From positions 25,978,001 through 26,042,000 of the forward strand of contig NC_045711.1 of NCBI RefSeq assembly GCF_009834535.1: a stretch of DNA of 64,000 nucleotides. The letters are read 5' to 3'. Numbering within the stretch: the stretch's first letter is position 1; each line of letters starts with the position of its first letter. Of the stretch, positions 24,275-36,270 are shown one piece after another. The translations under genes were made by a program, and so were the position numbers. Origin of the DNA: Camelus ferus (Eukaryota). A model generated the notes under the pieces. It was not told the DNA's origin. It saw nothing but the letters and a program-made list of their open reading frames with translations, and did not search any database.

Positions 24275-24445
24275 GGGCTCTCCCAGCATTGTCGGCGGGG
24301 CCATCCTGCATGGCGGGGCCTGTCCTGTGTTTTTGGCAGCATCTCTGGCTGGCCTCAACCACTAGGTGCCAGGAGCATCCTCCATGACAACCAGAAATGT
24401 CCCCAGACACAGCCAAATGCCCCTTGGGGGCTGAGAACAATTGTT
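24275..24445. mobile_element. MER20 hAT-Charlie MITE
   Basis: 'ggcctgtcctgtg...cactaggtgccagg...tgacaaccagaaatgtccccagacacagccaaatgcccctt'. Confidence 0.8.
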
Positions 24446-24930
24446 GTAGAGTCTTGATACAACTTCTCGTTGGACCCAGGTACCTCCAGAGGAAACGGGG
24501 GGCCAAGGGTCTGTGAACTTGGCAGTTGGCAAGGGGATAAAGGGACAAATGAGCCCCCCTTCCTCTCCGCAAATTACCAGGAGTCTGGGGCTGACAGTGT
24601 CTCAGAAGCCTTCTGCGCTGAGGGTTTAGCGCTCGGGCCGGCAGCTCTCCGGCTTCCCGGACTCTGCTGGCTCTGGTTGGAGAGGGGAGCCAGGCGGTGT
24701 GGAGGAGGCTGAGGAACAGGGGAGCCTGATTGGGGGGGGGGGTGGAACGGGCTCAACAGGCAGCAGCCTCCACCTCACTCCCACCGAGCCACGCGCATCT
24801 CCAGGGGCCCTGAGGTTCCTGGGAAAAACATCTTGTGAAAGGGCAGGGCTGGAGCTGGCGCTGGGAGTTCTTGCCGGAGAAGCCGCGGGATGCGGAGGCT
24901 GAGTGGGGGAAGAGAATGTTATCATAGAAA

Positions 24931-25070
24931 NNNNNNNNNNNNNNNNNNNNNNNNNNNNNNNNNNNNNNNNNNNNNNNNNNNNNNNNNNNNNNNNNNNNNN
25001 NNNNNNNNNNNNNNNNNNNNNNNNNNNNNNNNNNNNNNNNNNNNNNNNNNNNNNNNNNNNNNNNNNNNNN
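24931..25070. other. Assembly gap (N-run)
   Basis: 140 N. Confidence 0.99.
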
Positions 25071-25379
25071 GAGCGGGCCTATCGATCAGGCTGGCGACTG
25101 ACGTTTGTTTTAAAATCTGGAGGAGGGTTGGAGAAAGATCAGAGCCAGCCGGGGCCGGGGCCTGGAAGGGGGGCCCTGACTCCAGGGGGGACTGTCCCCC
25201 AGCCTCTTTCTCTCCTTGTCCAGCCAGGACCCCCTGCTTAGCTTGGCATCAATGCTGAGCCCTAGCTCTGCGCCCTTGAGGGAGCCACTGCCCCTTCTGG
25301 GGCTCGGTTTCCTTCTCTTTGTCATGGGGGTATCAGAGCAGGTGATTTTAGAGTCTCTTCCGGAAGCAATTGTCCATGA

Positions 25380-25548
25380 CTTGTGACTCCGAGCCTGGTG
25401 CGTGGACCAGAAGCCCAGGCATACCCTGGGAGCTTGTTAGGAATGCAGGCTCTCAGGCCCAGCCCAGACTCGCTGAATCAGAATCTGCCTTTTAACAAGA
25501 CCCTCAGGGGCTCCGCGGGCACATTAAAGTGTAAGACGCCCGTTCCAG
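25380..25548. mobile_element. MER5-type hAT MITE
   Basis: 'ctgggagcttgttaggaatgcaggctctcaggcccagcccagactcgctgaatcagaatctgcc'. Confidence 0.85.
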
Positions 25549-25969
25549 CAGCTCCGTTCATTGGGTTGCTTCAGAGCTGAACACGGAGAAGAACTCCCTC
25601 AAAGGGAATGATTCACTGCCTTCTCTGGCCTCAGAAAACTTTCATAGAAATATTCTTCCTGCACAAGAACCTTAACCCTGAAAAGGAACTGGCTCTGAAA
25701 TCCCAGCCACTCCCCGTGCATTGAGCCCCAAGGTGATATTATTCCTTTGATCGACCATTTAATAAAAGCCTGGGCGTAAAAAGACAAGCAGGACCCACTT
25801 CCAGCCTTCAGGGAAACTATTCTCCTGGAGGAACAGGCAGACCCCCCTCTGGGTTGAAAAGATGCCAGAGAAAAAGGCTAGTCCCGCGTGATAATTACCA
25901 AGCATCTTAACTCTCTGCTCTTGGGGTCTGATCAAATTCCCAAAAGCAGCCTGAGGCTCTGTGACTCTC

Positions 25970-26424
25970 TGCGTTAATTTCCTGGGGCTGCTGGAATAAA
26001 GGACCAGAAACTCCGGTGGCTAAAAGCAACAGGAATTGACTCTCTTACAGTTCTGGGGAGTAGAGCCTGGAATCCCGGTGTCGGCAGGGCCCTGCTCCTT
26101 TGGGAAATTCTAGGAAAGATTCTCTCCCACCTCTTCCAGCTTCTGGTGGCTCCGGACTTTCCTTGGCTTGTGGCCGTGTCACTCCAATCACTGCCTCGTC
26201 TTCACACCTCCTTCTCTTCTCTGTGGATGTCAAAGCTCCTTCTGCTTTCTTCTTATGAGGACAGTCGTGATGGCACACGGCCCACCCGGGTAATCCAAGA
26301 TGATCTTGCCTCAAAATCCTCACTTAATTACATCTGCAAAGATGCTTTTTTCCAAATCAGGCCACATTCTGGGTCCAGGTTTGATATGACTATCTACCAG
26401 GGGGCTATTTTTCAGCCTACCGCA
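25970..26424 (-). mobile_element. MLT1C/D MaLR solo LTR
   Basis: 'gttaatttcctggggctgctggaataaa...cttacagttctgg', 'taatccaagatgatcttgcctcaaaatcctcacttaattacatctgcaaag', ending 'ttcagcctaccgca'. Confidence 0.9.
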
Positions 26425-27039
26425 TGCTCCAGTCATGATGTGGCCTTGTTGTGGGATGCTGGAGGAGTTACTCTGTGTGATGGGACCTCAGTTTCCTCCC
26501 CTGCCAGTTGGAACGGCAAGTCCCCCAGGATGGTCGTGTGCTTTGAAGGTGCATCGGCCTTCCCCGGATGACTTGTGAAACACAGCTGCTGCGAACCATC
26601 CCCGGGGTCTTTCATTCAGTGGATCTGGAGAAAGTCTTAAGAATTTGTATACCGGTTCCCAGGTGATGCTGAGAACCACTGGATTAAATAGTAATTAACA
26701 AAGTCCCCACCCAAAATAAGTACTAAAGAGATCAATGCTGGTAAACCACCAACAAAAATGGCCGAACCAGGGCCTCTCGGTAAATCGGAAGACAGGGAAG
26801 CACAAGGAGGGCCTGTCTCCCAGGAGAAGGGAACCCCTTAGGGGTGGGGCTTTGTCTGTTTCATCTCCATCCCTAGTTTTGCACTTGAAGTTCAACACTC
26901 CATCCTGCCATCAGCCGTGAGCCAGGCACTGTGCTGGGCGGGGCCCAGCCTCTGTCAGCCCTCATTTGCCAAGGGGCTCACCAAGGGGCACTTAGATGCA
27001 AGTTAAGGGAGACCAAATGTGTGTGGACCGAGTGTACAG

Positions 27040-27260
27040 GAAGGTATAGAAATCATACAGGGGGTGAAGGATGATCCCTCTGGAGGCCCTGAGGAAGTGG
27101 CGATGCCCACAGGGTTTTGGGAGAGAAGTAAATTTGGAGGAAGCTCTGGAGAGAGTGGGTGCTCCAGGCAGAGGGAACAGCATGTGCGGTCGTATGAGAC
27201 ATCAGTGTTAATCACCGTGTCCAAAAGCTGTGGAGAATATAAGGGAGGTGGGCTGGGGAC
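27040..27260 (-). mobile_element. L2 LINE fragment
   Basis: 'gtgctccaggcagagggaacagcatgtgc' is an antisense L2 hallmark. Confidence 0.7.
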
Positions 27261-28719
27261 CGCAGCTGTGTCAGGAGGAGGAGAGCCTTCCTGCCTCCCT
27301 GGGAACAAGGATCTGTATCCTGCAGGCACCATGGGGACATTCCAGGGCCATCTTTGGGAGGGTGACTTGTTTTGCTTCCCCAGGATTGCCCTGTGCCCGT
27401 GTGAGGGGTGGATTGGATGAGGAAGAGGCTGGACAGAGGAACATCATTCAGGCAGCTGCTAAAACAATTCAGGCAACAGCTGACGAGGGTCTAGCCTAGA
27501 GCACATGCTGGGCCCTCGGCTAGCTTGATGGATGAAGGCGTGAGTGAGCAGAAGAGCAAATTACCAGGTGAGCCAGTTTCACCATGTCTTGGAAGAGGTG
27601 GTCTTGGAGGCCAGTGCCAGGGATGCCCTGGTGTCCTTGGGCAATTTGCAAGGGGGCAGTGGCTCTGCCTTCTCAGGCGAGGGTGTCCGGACTTCCCGGG
27701 CACTTCTGCACTTCCTCTCTTCTCCCCGGGAAAAGGCGCATCCTCTGTAATTACACAGCCAGGTTCTGCCGAGCATCCCCCAAATGTTAACCTAGTTAAT
27801 TTCTACGGGGATTTTTCTTTAAGCCAGCATGACACAGGCTTTAAATCAATTTGAAATCCGTTGTCTGCAGATCCACACGGAGAGGGTCCGCAGAGGACGG
27901 GCACAATTATTCTCATCAGTCAATGGGGACAGGACAGGCTGTGATGGGTTTGGGCTGCAGTGGGGAGACTCAGGTTTCCCTCATGGGGGAGAGGTTAGAT
28001 GCCCGAGGCCACACTAGGAAGGCACAATGCTGTGCATGAGGACTCTGCCTAGGATGCAGGGACAGGGTCCCCACAGTGGGGTCGAGTGACAGATGGAAAG
28101 ACACTTAAAAGGGCAGGATGAGGTCTGGGGATGCTGAGGTCCCCACCACGTTCAGGGACTTCGGCCCTGGTTCTCAGGATCACTTTTCCTGGAATTCTTT
28201 TTACTAAATACATCAAGATGATAAAGTGGGGAAGAAAGGGGCAGAGTCTGGTCTGGGCGGGGCGGGGCAGTGGCGGTGGGCAGAGGGAAGGTCACAGGGA
28301 CTCATTGGCAGCCATTTGCAGCCTGCCTTGGTGCTCAAGATCACTGAGAGTATCTTGAATAGAATCAATCTTGCCCCCGACTTGAGGAGACAAGCCAAAT
28401 TCACCGGCTCCATCTTCCTGTCCAAATGGCTCTCTTCTCCTTCAGAATATTGCTCTGTAATAGACCCCATCCAGCCTTCCTCCCACCAGGGAGGATTCCA
28501 ATTTGTCTGCTCTGAAGTGAAGAGCCTGGAAAGTTGCTAATAGGGTGCTGACCTGGCCAAACCAGCAGGTCAGCTGGGGAGGAGGTAAGAGGAAAAGCTC
28601 CAAGGACAGGCAGTGGACTTTGTACATCTGGGGTGGCCCCCCGTTGTGGGCAGTGTTGCAAGATACAGCTCTGCTCCATCCACTCCTCAGCCCAAGAAAG
28701 GGGCCCCTGTCTCCTTCTC

Positions 28720-28935
28720 CCTGATAACCAAGGTCAATCAGATGACTTGGCTTGGCCAAACCCAACAGCCTGGGCCCAGTCAGGTGACCTGGCTTGGCCA
28801 ATCCTGACAGCCAAGGTCCAGTCAGGTGACTTGGCTTGGCCAATCCCAACAGCTGGGGTTCAGTCAGGTGATATAGCTTGGCCAATCACAACAGTCAAGC
28901 CTCAGTCAGGTGTCCCAGCTTGACCAATCATACAC
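28720..28935. repeat. 42-bp minisatellite, about 5 copies
   Basis: Units start at 28735, 28777, 28819, 28861 and 28903 (exact 42-bp period). Approximate consensus: CAGTCAGGTGACTTGGCTTGGCCAATCCCAACAGCCAAGGTC. Confidence 0.95.
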
Positions 28936-31900
28936 TCCGGCTTTGACTTTGGAGTGTGTAGTAAAAAGACATAGAGATGGTTAGAATTTGTGGTCCAGGG
29001 ACCACAGCAGCAGAAGTGTCATGGCCAGCCAGCTCCTGCTGCCCAGTTTCCAGGACCCCCTTGCTCCCTACTCCCCAAGTATCTCTTCCTCTTCCCATTG
29101 CATGCCCTGGTCTCCTTCCAGAGTATTCCCTTAGTGTAGGTTTCTTTTGCTTGCAACCAGTACCTTGATGGATTAAGAAGGAAGTGCTTCAAAGTCTGTG
29201 AAGACAGAAAAAATACCTTCACATGGAGAGTGGAATGAAGTATCCTTCACCGGCCCAGAGGCTGGAATGTGGCGCTAAGCTTCCCTCCAGCATTTTCTAC
29301 TGTGATGAGTCCCTCCTGGAGGGTGAATAGCAGACAGCAGACTTTGATCGTCCTTTTCCCCTCTAAGGAACATGGAGTTCTTTTATGCCCAGTTCTTGCT
29401 TATGGCCATGATGCCAGCAAGATACAGGAAGGGAAGCTAGGGGTCCAGCCTGCCCCACCGCAGCAAGTCAGAGGAGCCACTAAGACCAACAACAGAAGAG
29501 GGCAGTGGCCTGGCCCTATTTGCAGCAGTGGTGGCCTCGAGGGGGTCAGTGGGGGTGAATCATAACACCTCCCATGTCCAGGACTCTCATTCTCTGCACT
29601 TTCCATAAATGAAGGCATTTCATCCTCTCCTCGGGGCCCTGCAGCAGGTGGTGGTAACTGTCCCCATTTTAGAGTTGAGAACACTGAGGCACAAAGAGGT
29701 TAAATAACCTGCACAAGGTAAGTATTGGGGGGTGGCGGAGTATAGGGTGGAATTCTGACCAGCTGGCTCTGGAGTTTGTGAGCTGGTAGGAAACCCGAAG
29801 AGGGAAGATGGGAGGAGGAGGCTTTGTGAGCCCCGTGGAGCAGCACATCCTGGAGTGGGTGGTGGGGAGGTGGGGGATGGGGGAGAGAATCTCCCTGGCC
29901 TCTCCACTGATCCTCTTCAGACCAGAGTGGTTCACACCGGATCCCCAAGGCGCCTCCTCGCTGGCCGGAGCCCAGCTCTCCTTGAGCGATTCGACAAGTT
30001 TAACTAATGACTTTTCAGCATCTAATTTGGAAGTGGCCGTGCGGTTGGTACTGTCATCCTCTGTTAGTGAGAGAAGTAACAGGCTTTTCCCTCGAGGTCT
30101 GTGCTGCCTGCTCAGCTGACCCACAGGTGGCTCTGGGCTCGGGGGCAGTAGGGGGCCCAGGGGTCATGAACCCCATGCAGCTGGTCCTTTGAGGTCAGCC
30201 TCCCCTCCACCCCCTCCCCCTTTCCCCACCTCATCCCACCCCAGCCTAATTCAGGGTCACGTACACTATCCCCAGCAGGGCATTCAGGGCTGTGGCTGGG
30301 ACCATTTGCACTGAGTTTCAGGGGGGAAGGGGGAGTGAGTCAGCATCTGGGAGCCTGCCAGGGGTCAAGCAGAGCAGACAAAGAAGCAGATGTCAGATGG
30401 AGTCTCCCCGTCCCTTGAAATCTAGAGAAAGTGACCTGTGCCCCCTTCACAGCCAAGGGAGGGCCACAGCCATGACCGCGTGGCTCCATCCAGCTCCGGA
30501 CTCCTGTTTCCATGTGTCTGATTTAACTCCTGGACTGAATACCCACCCACATCCCATGCACGCTGTCCCAGACCCAGGCAGGCCCTGTTTTAATGCCCAT
30601 CGAATGAAACAGAGCCACCCTTCCTCCCCTTCCTTCAAGTTTTCAAAGCTGTTGGGGTTTTGGAGAGAGATTGAGAAGCTCTACAAACCGCTCTGCCACT
30701 TCCTGGTCACCAAGCCCTTGGGCCAACACAACGGCATCAGTTTCCACCCGTCACTTTGTCCCTGGTGGTGCTCCGGCCTCCTCTCGCCATCTTACTGGCT
30801 CCTTTTCTTTTTCTCTGTCCCATCTCTTCCTAGTCCCCGTCCCTCTGCCCTCAGAAGCTCCCCATTTCCCTCTGGTACCACGTCCCAGGACATGCAGCTT
30901 TCTGAGACACTCGCGCTGACCCCAGGTCCGTCTCTGTGTCTCCTGACCCGTTATGGCAGCAGAACCCAAAGGCCTTGGTGGCTCGAGGTCTGCTCCTTAG
31001 AAAGTAGTTATGATTATACTCAGGGGAAAAAACGCTCCCTTGAACGGGTAGTTTCATTTGACCTCGTGACAGCTCCTCAGGGGGCCACAGCTGACCACAC
31101 CGTCCACGAAGTGGACGCTCAGAGGATCTGAGTGACCTGCAAAAGCTCGCCGCTGCCAAGTAGCAGAGACCAGATGTGCTCTCGGGCCGGATTCTGAAGC
31201 GCTTTTTCAGGAGACAGAGGCGGGGAGGGAAGGCAGCTGCGAGGCCAGATCAGGAGGTGCGGGGTGGCAGCTGGGTCCTGGGAGCAGATCTTTGAGGGGG
31301 GGCCCCCCACGACCAGAGAGGAGGCATCTGCCGAAGGACGATCAAACTGCAGCCAGCGGCAGTGAGGAGGGTCAGAGGGCAGAGGGCAGAAGAGAGAGGC
31401 CGAGGGAAGCATTGAATGTGGAGGGGTCAGAGGCTGGCAGGGAGGAGAGGGGCAGTGGGGAGGCAGAGCCGGGGGGTCAGGCTGGGCTCCGGAGGCCTGT
31501 GCCTAGAATATCAAGCACTCTGGTCATGCTGACTTCAGTCCTGTAGCTTTAGCTCCAGCCATGTGGGGCCAGACGCAGGCCATCCTGGGGCTCCGGTGAT
31601 GTGCAAAACTAACACACCCGGTGCCCAGCTGCCCCCAGCTTGGGGGCCCCCTGCAAGCCCCCTGCACCCATGCCCAGCTCTCCTGTACCTGCTGGCTCGT
31701 TTGGCTCCCCAGGCATCATCAGGGGAAGGCCCTCCAGATTTATCCAGTGCACACCACGCTCTGGCCGCTCCTGCAAAGCGCCTGGTAAATGAAAAACTCA
31801 CGGATCAATGCCAGAAAAATGACTGTCTCCACTCACCCTCGCCAGGGAAGAGGATTTCAACTCACCCACCTTGGTTGTAAGCGGAGAAGGCAGAGAAGGG

Positions 31901-32389
31901 TGGAGGACTCAATCCTTTAAATTCTGCGTTCTCTCGGGTACGCGCCCTAGAGCTCAGGACCGACTCATTAATTTATCTGTCACCAGCCACTGAGGCGGTC
32001 ACTAAATATTGATGTGACCACTGGAGTGTAAGGGCAGGTGGTAAAATGTGCCCCCAGCCATGGATTTGGGGCTCCTTCCCAGCACCCCAGCACTATTGCA
32101 CTTCTGCGTTAAAGTGGATCATCGGATGCCATGTGGACCGCCCGAGTCCGGATGAATGGCCAGTCTGGTGCAGGTTTTTCTCTCCGACACATAAATACAT
32201 ATTAGGGCTGGATTCTCACCACAACTGGAGTTAAAGAGCTGCTGACCCCTCGTTGAAGGCTTGGAGGAAAACACCCAGCTCAGGAACAATTTGGCTCCCA
32301 GGCCCCACTCCACCCAGTGGATTTCCTTCTGCTCCTTTGCTCACTGGTATAAGGCAGTGGGGGAAGAATCCAGGGAGAAATGGGGGAAT

Positions 32390-32570
32390 CAGGGCAGCTA
32401 GGAATGCAGGCTTTGAGTCACCAAGACTTGGGGTTGCCTCCCCGCTCCACCAGAAGCTCTGTGACCTGGAGCAAAATCACACAACCTCTCTGAGCCTCAG
32501 TTCTGTGGCAATAAAACTGCCTTCCTCAAAGGTGTATGGGGGAAGGGGTTAAGGAGATCGTGTGGGCGGA
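32390..32570 (+). mobile_element. MIR SINE
   Basis: 'gcaggctttgagtca...ctgtgacctggagcaaaatcacacaacctctctgagcctcagtt'. Confidence 0.75.
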
Positions 32571-33333
32571 ACGTGGAATGCCTGGGTTGGGCATATCAAT
32601 CAGCGTTCCAGCTGCAACGCACAGATACCGACTCTGGCTGGTTGTGCAGCAAAGAAACGTGGTGAGAGGCTCCTGGGAGGCTGGGGGTTGTGACGAAGCA
32701 GCCAGAACCACAGCCAGAGTCGCACCCCAGGGCTGATCCAGTGAGGACTTTCCATGGTACCTTCATGGAGGACCAAGGGTCTCAGGTTGTGGGCCTTGGA
32801 TTCAGGGCACCACGGAAGCCACCATGTGATGCTGTCCGCTTGGAACTGGATGGTGACCACTGCCACCACTATCGTACGTTCCCTACTTGTCCCACTTGCC
32901 TGTGTGGCCAGCTCCAGATGCAAAGTCCCAGAAGGGCGCATCTGATGGCCAAGTCTGGTAATGGGTGAGGAGGGCTGGCCAGGAAAGGAACTCTTGGCAT
33001 GTTTAGATTCTATACTGGGGACGTTTTCCAGACCCAGCGAGGGGATTTGGATTTTACGTGGCCCCAGATATCCACTACCTTTATGCTCTGTCGTTACTGG
33101 AGTTGAGCTGACCCAAGGCGATTTCCACCTGGTGTTTATGTCCATGGCCAGTTCTGATCGGTCCAGCCTGTGCCAGATGTTAAGTCACCGTGGGTAGACC
33201 CTCTGCTGTCCTTTCCTGCCACATCTCTCCAAGGCTGGCCTCAGCTAGCGGCGCTCCATCGACTAGGACCATGGCGACATCTTCGAGGAAGCTGAGACCT
33301 GTAATGCTCATAAAGCAGAACGCACAGTCCCAC

Positions 33334-33835
33334 TGTAGTAGATACAATTCTCGGGGAAACAGAACCAACAGGATGTGCGTGCGCACACGCGCATGCAAAG
33401 ATATTTATTATAAGGAACTGGTTCAACGTGATTATGGGTGCTGAGAGGTCCCAAGACCTGCATTTGGCAAACTGGAGAGAGAGGAAATCTCACGATGTGC
33501 TTCCAGCCCAAGTCCTGAGGCCTGAGAACCAGTAGAGCCACTGGTGTGATTTCCAGCCCAAAGCCGGCAGGCTCGAGACCCAGGAAGAGCCAGTGTTTCA
33601 GGTGAGTCAGAGGCAGAAGGAGTTCCCTCTTACTCAGCCTTTTTGTTGTATCCAGATCTTTAAGGGACTGGGTGAGGCCCCCTCACATTAGGGCAGGCCC
33701 TCTGCTTTGCTCCATCCACTGACTCAGATGTGAATCGCATCCAGAAGACTCTCACATGATCACCCAGAATAATGTTTGACCAAAAGTCCAGGCACCCTGT
33801 GGCCCAGCCAAGTTGCTGCAAGATTAACCATCACA
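33334..33835 (-). mobile_element. MLT2 (ERVL) solo LTR
   Basis: Starts 'tgtagtag...ggaaacagaaccaacaggat', carries the typical internal RY microsatellite, and ends 'ggcccagccaagttg...attaaccatcaca'. Confidence 0.9.
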
Positions 33836-34044
33836 TTCACCCAGGGAAAAATAACCAATATGTAAGCAGAGAGAAGTGAGGAGGAGGGGGAAGTGCCAAT
33901 TTCCAAGACTGTGCTGCTAAGCGGCATTTATCTATCAGCTTCAAGGCTGTTTACACTGGTGTTTACAAGCCCTCTGGATGCAGACCACTTGAGTACAGAC
34001 CCTGTCTCATGACGTAAGCACGTGACTGTGAGGGCAAGCGAGGC

Positions 34045-34203
34045 GGGCTGTCTGCATCTCCATTTCCTCGTCCATCAAACAAAGATAACACCACCACCTT
34101 TCTCATGGCATCCCTTTGAGGACTGAGGGATTAATATTTGTAAAATGCACAGAACACAACTGGGCAAACAGTAGGCACACAATAAATGTTAGTTACCATT
34201 ACT
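34045..34203 (+). mobile_element. MIR SINE 3' half
   Basis: 'ccatttcctcgtccatcaaa...gtaaaatgcacagaacacaactggg...agtaggcacacaataaatgttagttaccattact'. Confidence 0.8.
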
Positions 34204-34889
34204 GTCCTACAGGAGATAGGATGTTAGAGTGCCGGGTGACAGCTGTCGTGCTGAGGGTGCTTGGGGAGGTAGGAGGGTGGGGGAGACGGCGTGGGAGAGT
34301 CGGGGAGCTGAGACTGCTTGCAACCCTGCACCCCGCGGGGGTCTTGTCAGAGATTCCAGATGCGAAGGTCTAAAGGAGGGAGGGCTCTGCCTGGTGACGC
34401 AGGCACAACCCTGGCTGCCTTGGGACGCTTCACTTCCCATTCGGCTCCTGCCCTCTCGGAGGTGTCTCTCTGAGCAGCAGGGTCCAGCACGAACTTGGGA
34501 GTTCTTGAAATGCTTTCTTGAGCTGGCTTGAGTCTGTTGGCCCAAGGGTACTTTCTCATGTCTCTGAACCAACCTTTGACCATGAGAGACTTGGGGAAGT
34601 TAAGGTCACAGGCATCTCCCATCCTAGGTGGATATCCCAGAGGGACCCTCACACGGGGATGCAGAGGCAGGAGAGAGGGTGATGACGCCTAGGGAGACAG
34701 GCAGCCGTGGTTTCTAGAATTCAAGTCCCTAAACCAGTTTCCTTACTTTTGGGAAAGGGGCACAGCCTCTCTAGAACATTGCAGTTGATGGGATGGGAGC
34801 CCCTGGACCATCCAAGCCATCCCTCTTCATTCAGAGAGCACCTACTTCCAAACAGAAGTCGGTCCCGCACAGCCAAGCCATCGGGGAGG

Positions 34890-35270
34890 GGGCCTCAATT
34901 TGAGTTTCCCTGGAAGCAGACCCGAGATGAGGTCGTTTATTTGGGGGCTGATGCTGGAAGTATGTGAGGGGGCGGGGAGAGCGAGATGGGGGGAAGGAGG
35001 CTAATGGGGCACGTCAGTGAGTTACCACTGCTGCTGAGGCCCGAGGTTCACCCCGAGGGGCCCCAGTGTTGGGGTGTTTCCCCCACTGATCTGCTTGGGC
35101 TGAGAGTTGCTCCTGGAGGATGAGAAATAACCTCCTGGGATTTGCAGGCTGCTCCAGGCCAGAGACCCACTTCAGGCTGGGAGGCACGGACACCAGGGCC
35201 AGGGTGACACCTGCCTGCAGGTGGCCTCTATGGCCAGCCAAGGGGCTAAGTGGAGACTGACCACCTCTGT
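34890..35270 (-). mobile_element. LTR16-family ERVL LTR fragment
   Basis: 'tttgagtttccctggaagcagacccgagatgaggtcgtttatttggggg' matches the LTR16 terminus. Confidence 0.6.
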
Positions 35271-35997
35271 TAGGGGAGGGGCTCCAGAAGCTAAGTGACA
35301 CTCAGACAGGTGGCCGGGGTCGTTCGGGTGAGGCCCTTCCCCCACTCTATCTCCATCGCCACCCCCCACCACCCACAGCCCTGCACCTTGGTGGCCTTCC
35401 CCGCAGCCAGCCCAGGGACATTTCGTTTCCCAGGGGAAGTGGAGGAGCTGGCAAAGGATGGGAATCCAGCCTCCGCAGGCCAGGGAGAAGGAGAGAATGG
35501 TAAAGGAGGAGGCCTTAAAATACCCCTCAACTGCTGAAGGATTGGAGATCTGCACTAAATCTCAAGAAAAAGGAGTAATTACGCTGTCAGCAGTGGTGAT
35601 ATAATTTTTAAGACTCAGTTCCACAGCCGTAATTTTTCCTCATCCTCCCCGTGTCTCCCCGGGGGATTTAGGGGCCAATTACCTGTCAGTTTGCTGAGAG
35701 GTGCTGTTCCCAGGCAGGAAGGCATCACCTGCCACGGCTTCTGTGAGCCCTACCTGACAGCAAGGGTGGCTGGGTGGGGGGAGGTGACAGCCGCGAGGGG
35801 CGCACTATCTTCAGCTGGGGGCGAGTGTCCTGAGCTTCCGGGAGGAGCCCAGGAGGACAGAGCACGGCTGGACCCTGACCAGCCCCGAGTCAGGGAACGC
35901 TGTCCCTGTCTTTACCCAGTAAGGCCAATCCTGCCAGAGTCCTAGGGTGAGGGCTGGGGGAGAAACTAGCGAGGGGCTGGGGTCTCTGAGCTAAAAA

Positions 35998-36070
35998 GGA
36001 TCTTCTAACAGAATCCAGGGTCTCCAGGCAGTAGGGGATCTTCTAACAGAACCTAAGTATCTCAGGGCAG
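35998..36070. repeat. Short degenerate tandem duplication (38-bp period)
   Basis: 'ggatcttctaacagaa' occurs at 35998-36013 and 36036-36051. Confidence 0.8.
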
Positions 36071-36129
36071 GCCACGCCCTTTGAGCCCAGTATGAGGCTG
36101 CCGTATAGAGGGAAGGGCGAGAAGGGCTA

Positions 36130-36270
36130 TAAAGGCGCGTGCTCTGCAGTGAGGGTCGGCCCGCAGGGAATCCTGGCCCTGTGTGACCTTGGGCAGTTAC
36201 TTAACCTCTCTATGCCTTAGGAGAAAGTAGGCCAAAGATGGGGTCCACCTCATCAGGTTGTTGGCTATCA
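36130..36270 (+). mobile_element. MIR SINE
   Basis: 'gaatcctggccctgtgtgaccttgggcagttacttaacctctctatgcct'. Confidence 0.85.

Noticed and set aside
28735-28935. CRISPR array, or a 14-aa repeat protein (ORF 28442-28885)
   Set aside because: The units are contiguous with no unique spacers, there are no cas genes, and the host is a mammal. The peptide periodicity just reflects the 42-bp unit.
30292-31131. Longest ORF (279 aa) as a protein-coding gene
   Set aside because: No recognisable domain, and the Ser/Pro/Leu-rich composition is typical of non-coding GC-rich DNA. ORFs overlap it on both strands and there is no supporting promoter or exon structure.
32600-33145. ERVL gag/pol remnant next to the MLT2 LTR
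   Set aside because: No retroviral protease, RT, RNase H or integrase motif in the translations. It may be an old LTR fragment, but I cannot assign it.
35791-35803. CTCF site (ccgcgaggggcgc)
   Set aside because: One G short of the core spacing.
36128-36133. TATA-box promoter (ctataaaggcgcg)
   Set aside because: It aligns with the 5' part of a MIR (consensus ttaagagc...) that continues directly downstream. No other promoter evidence.
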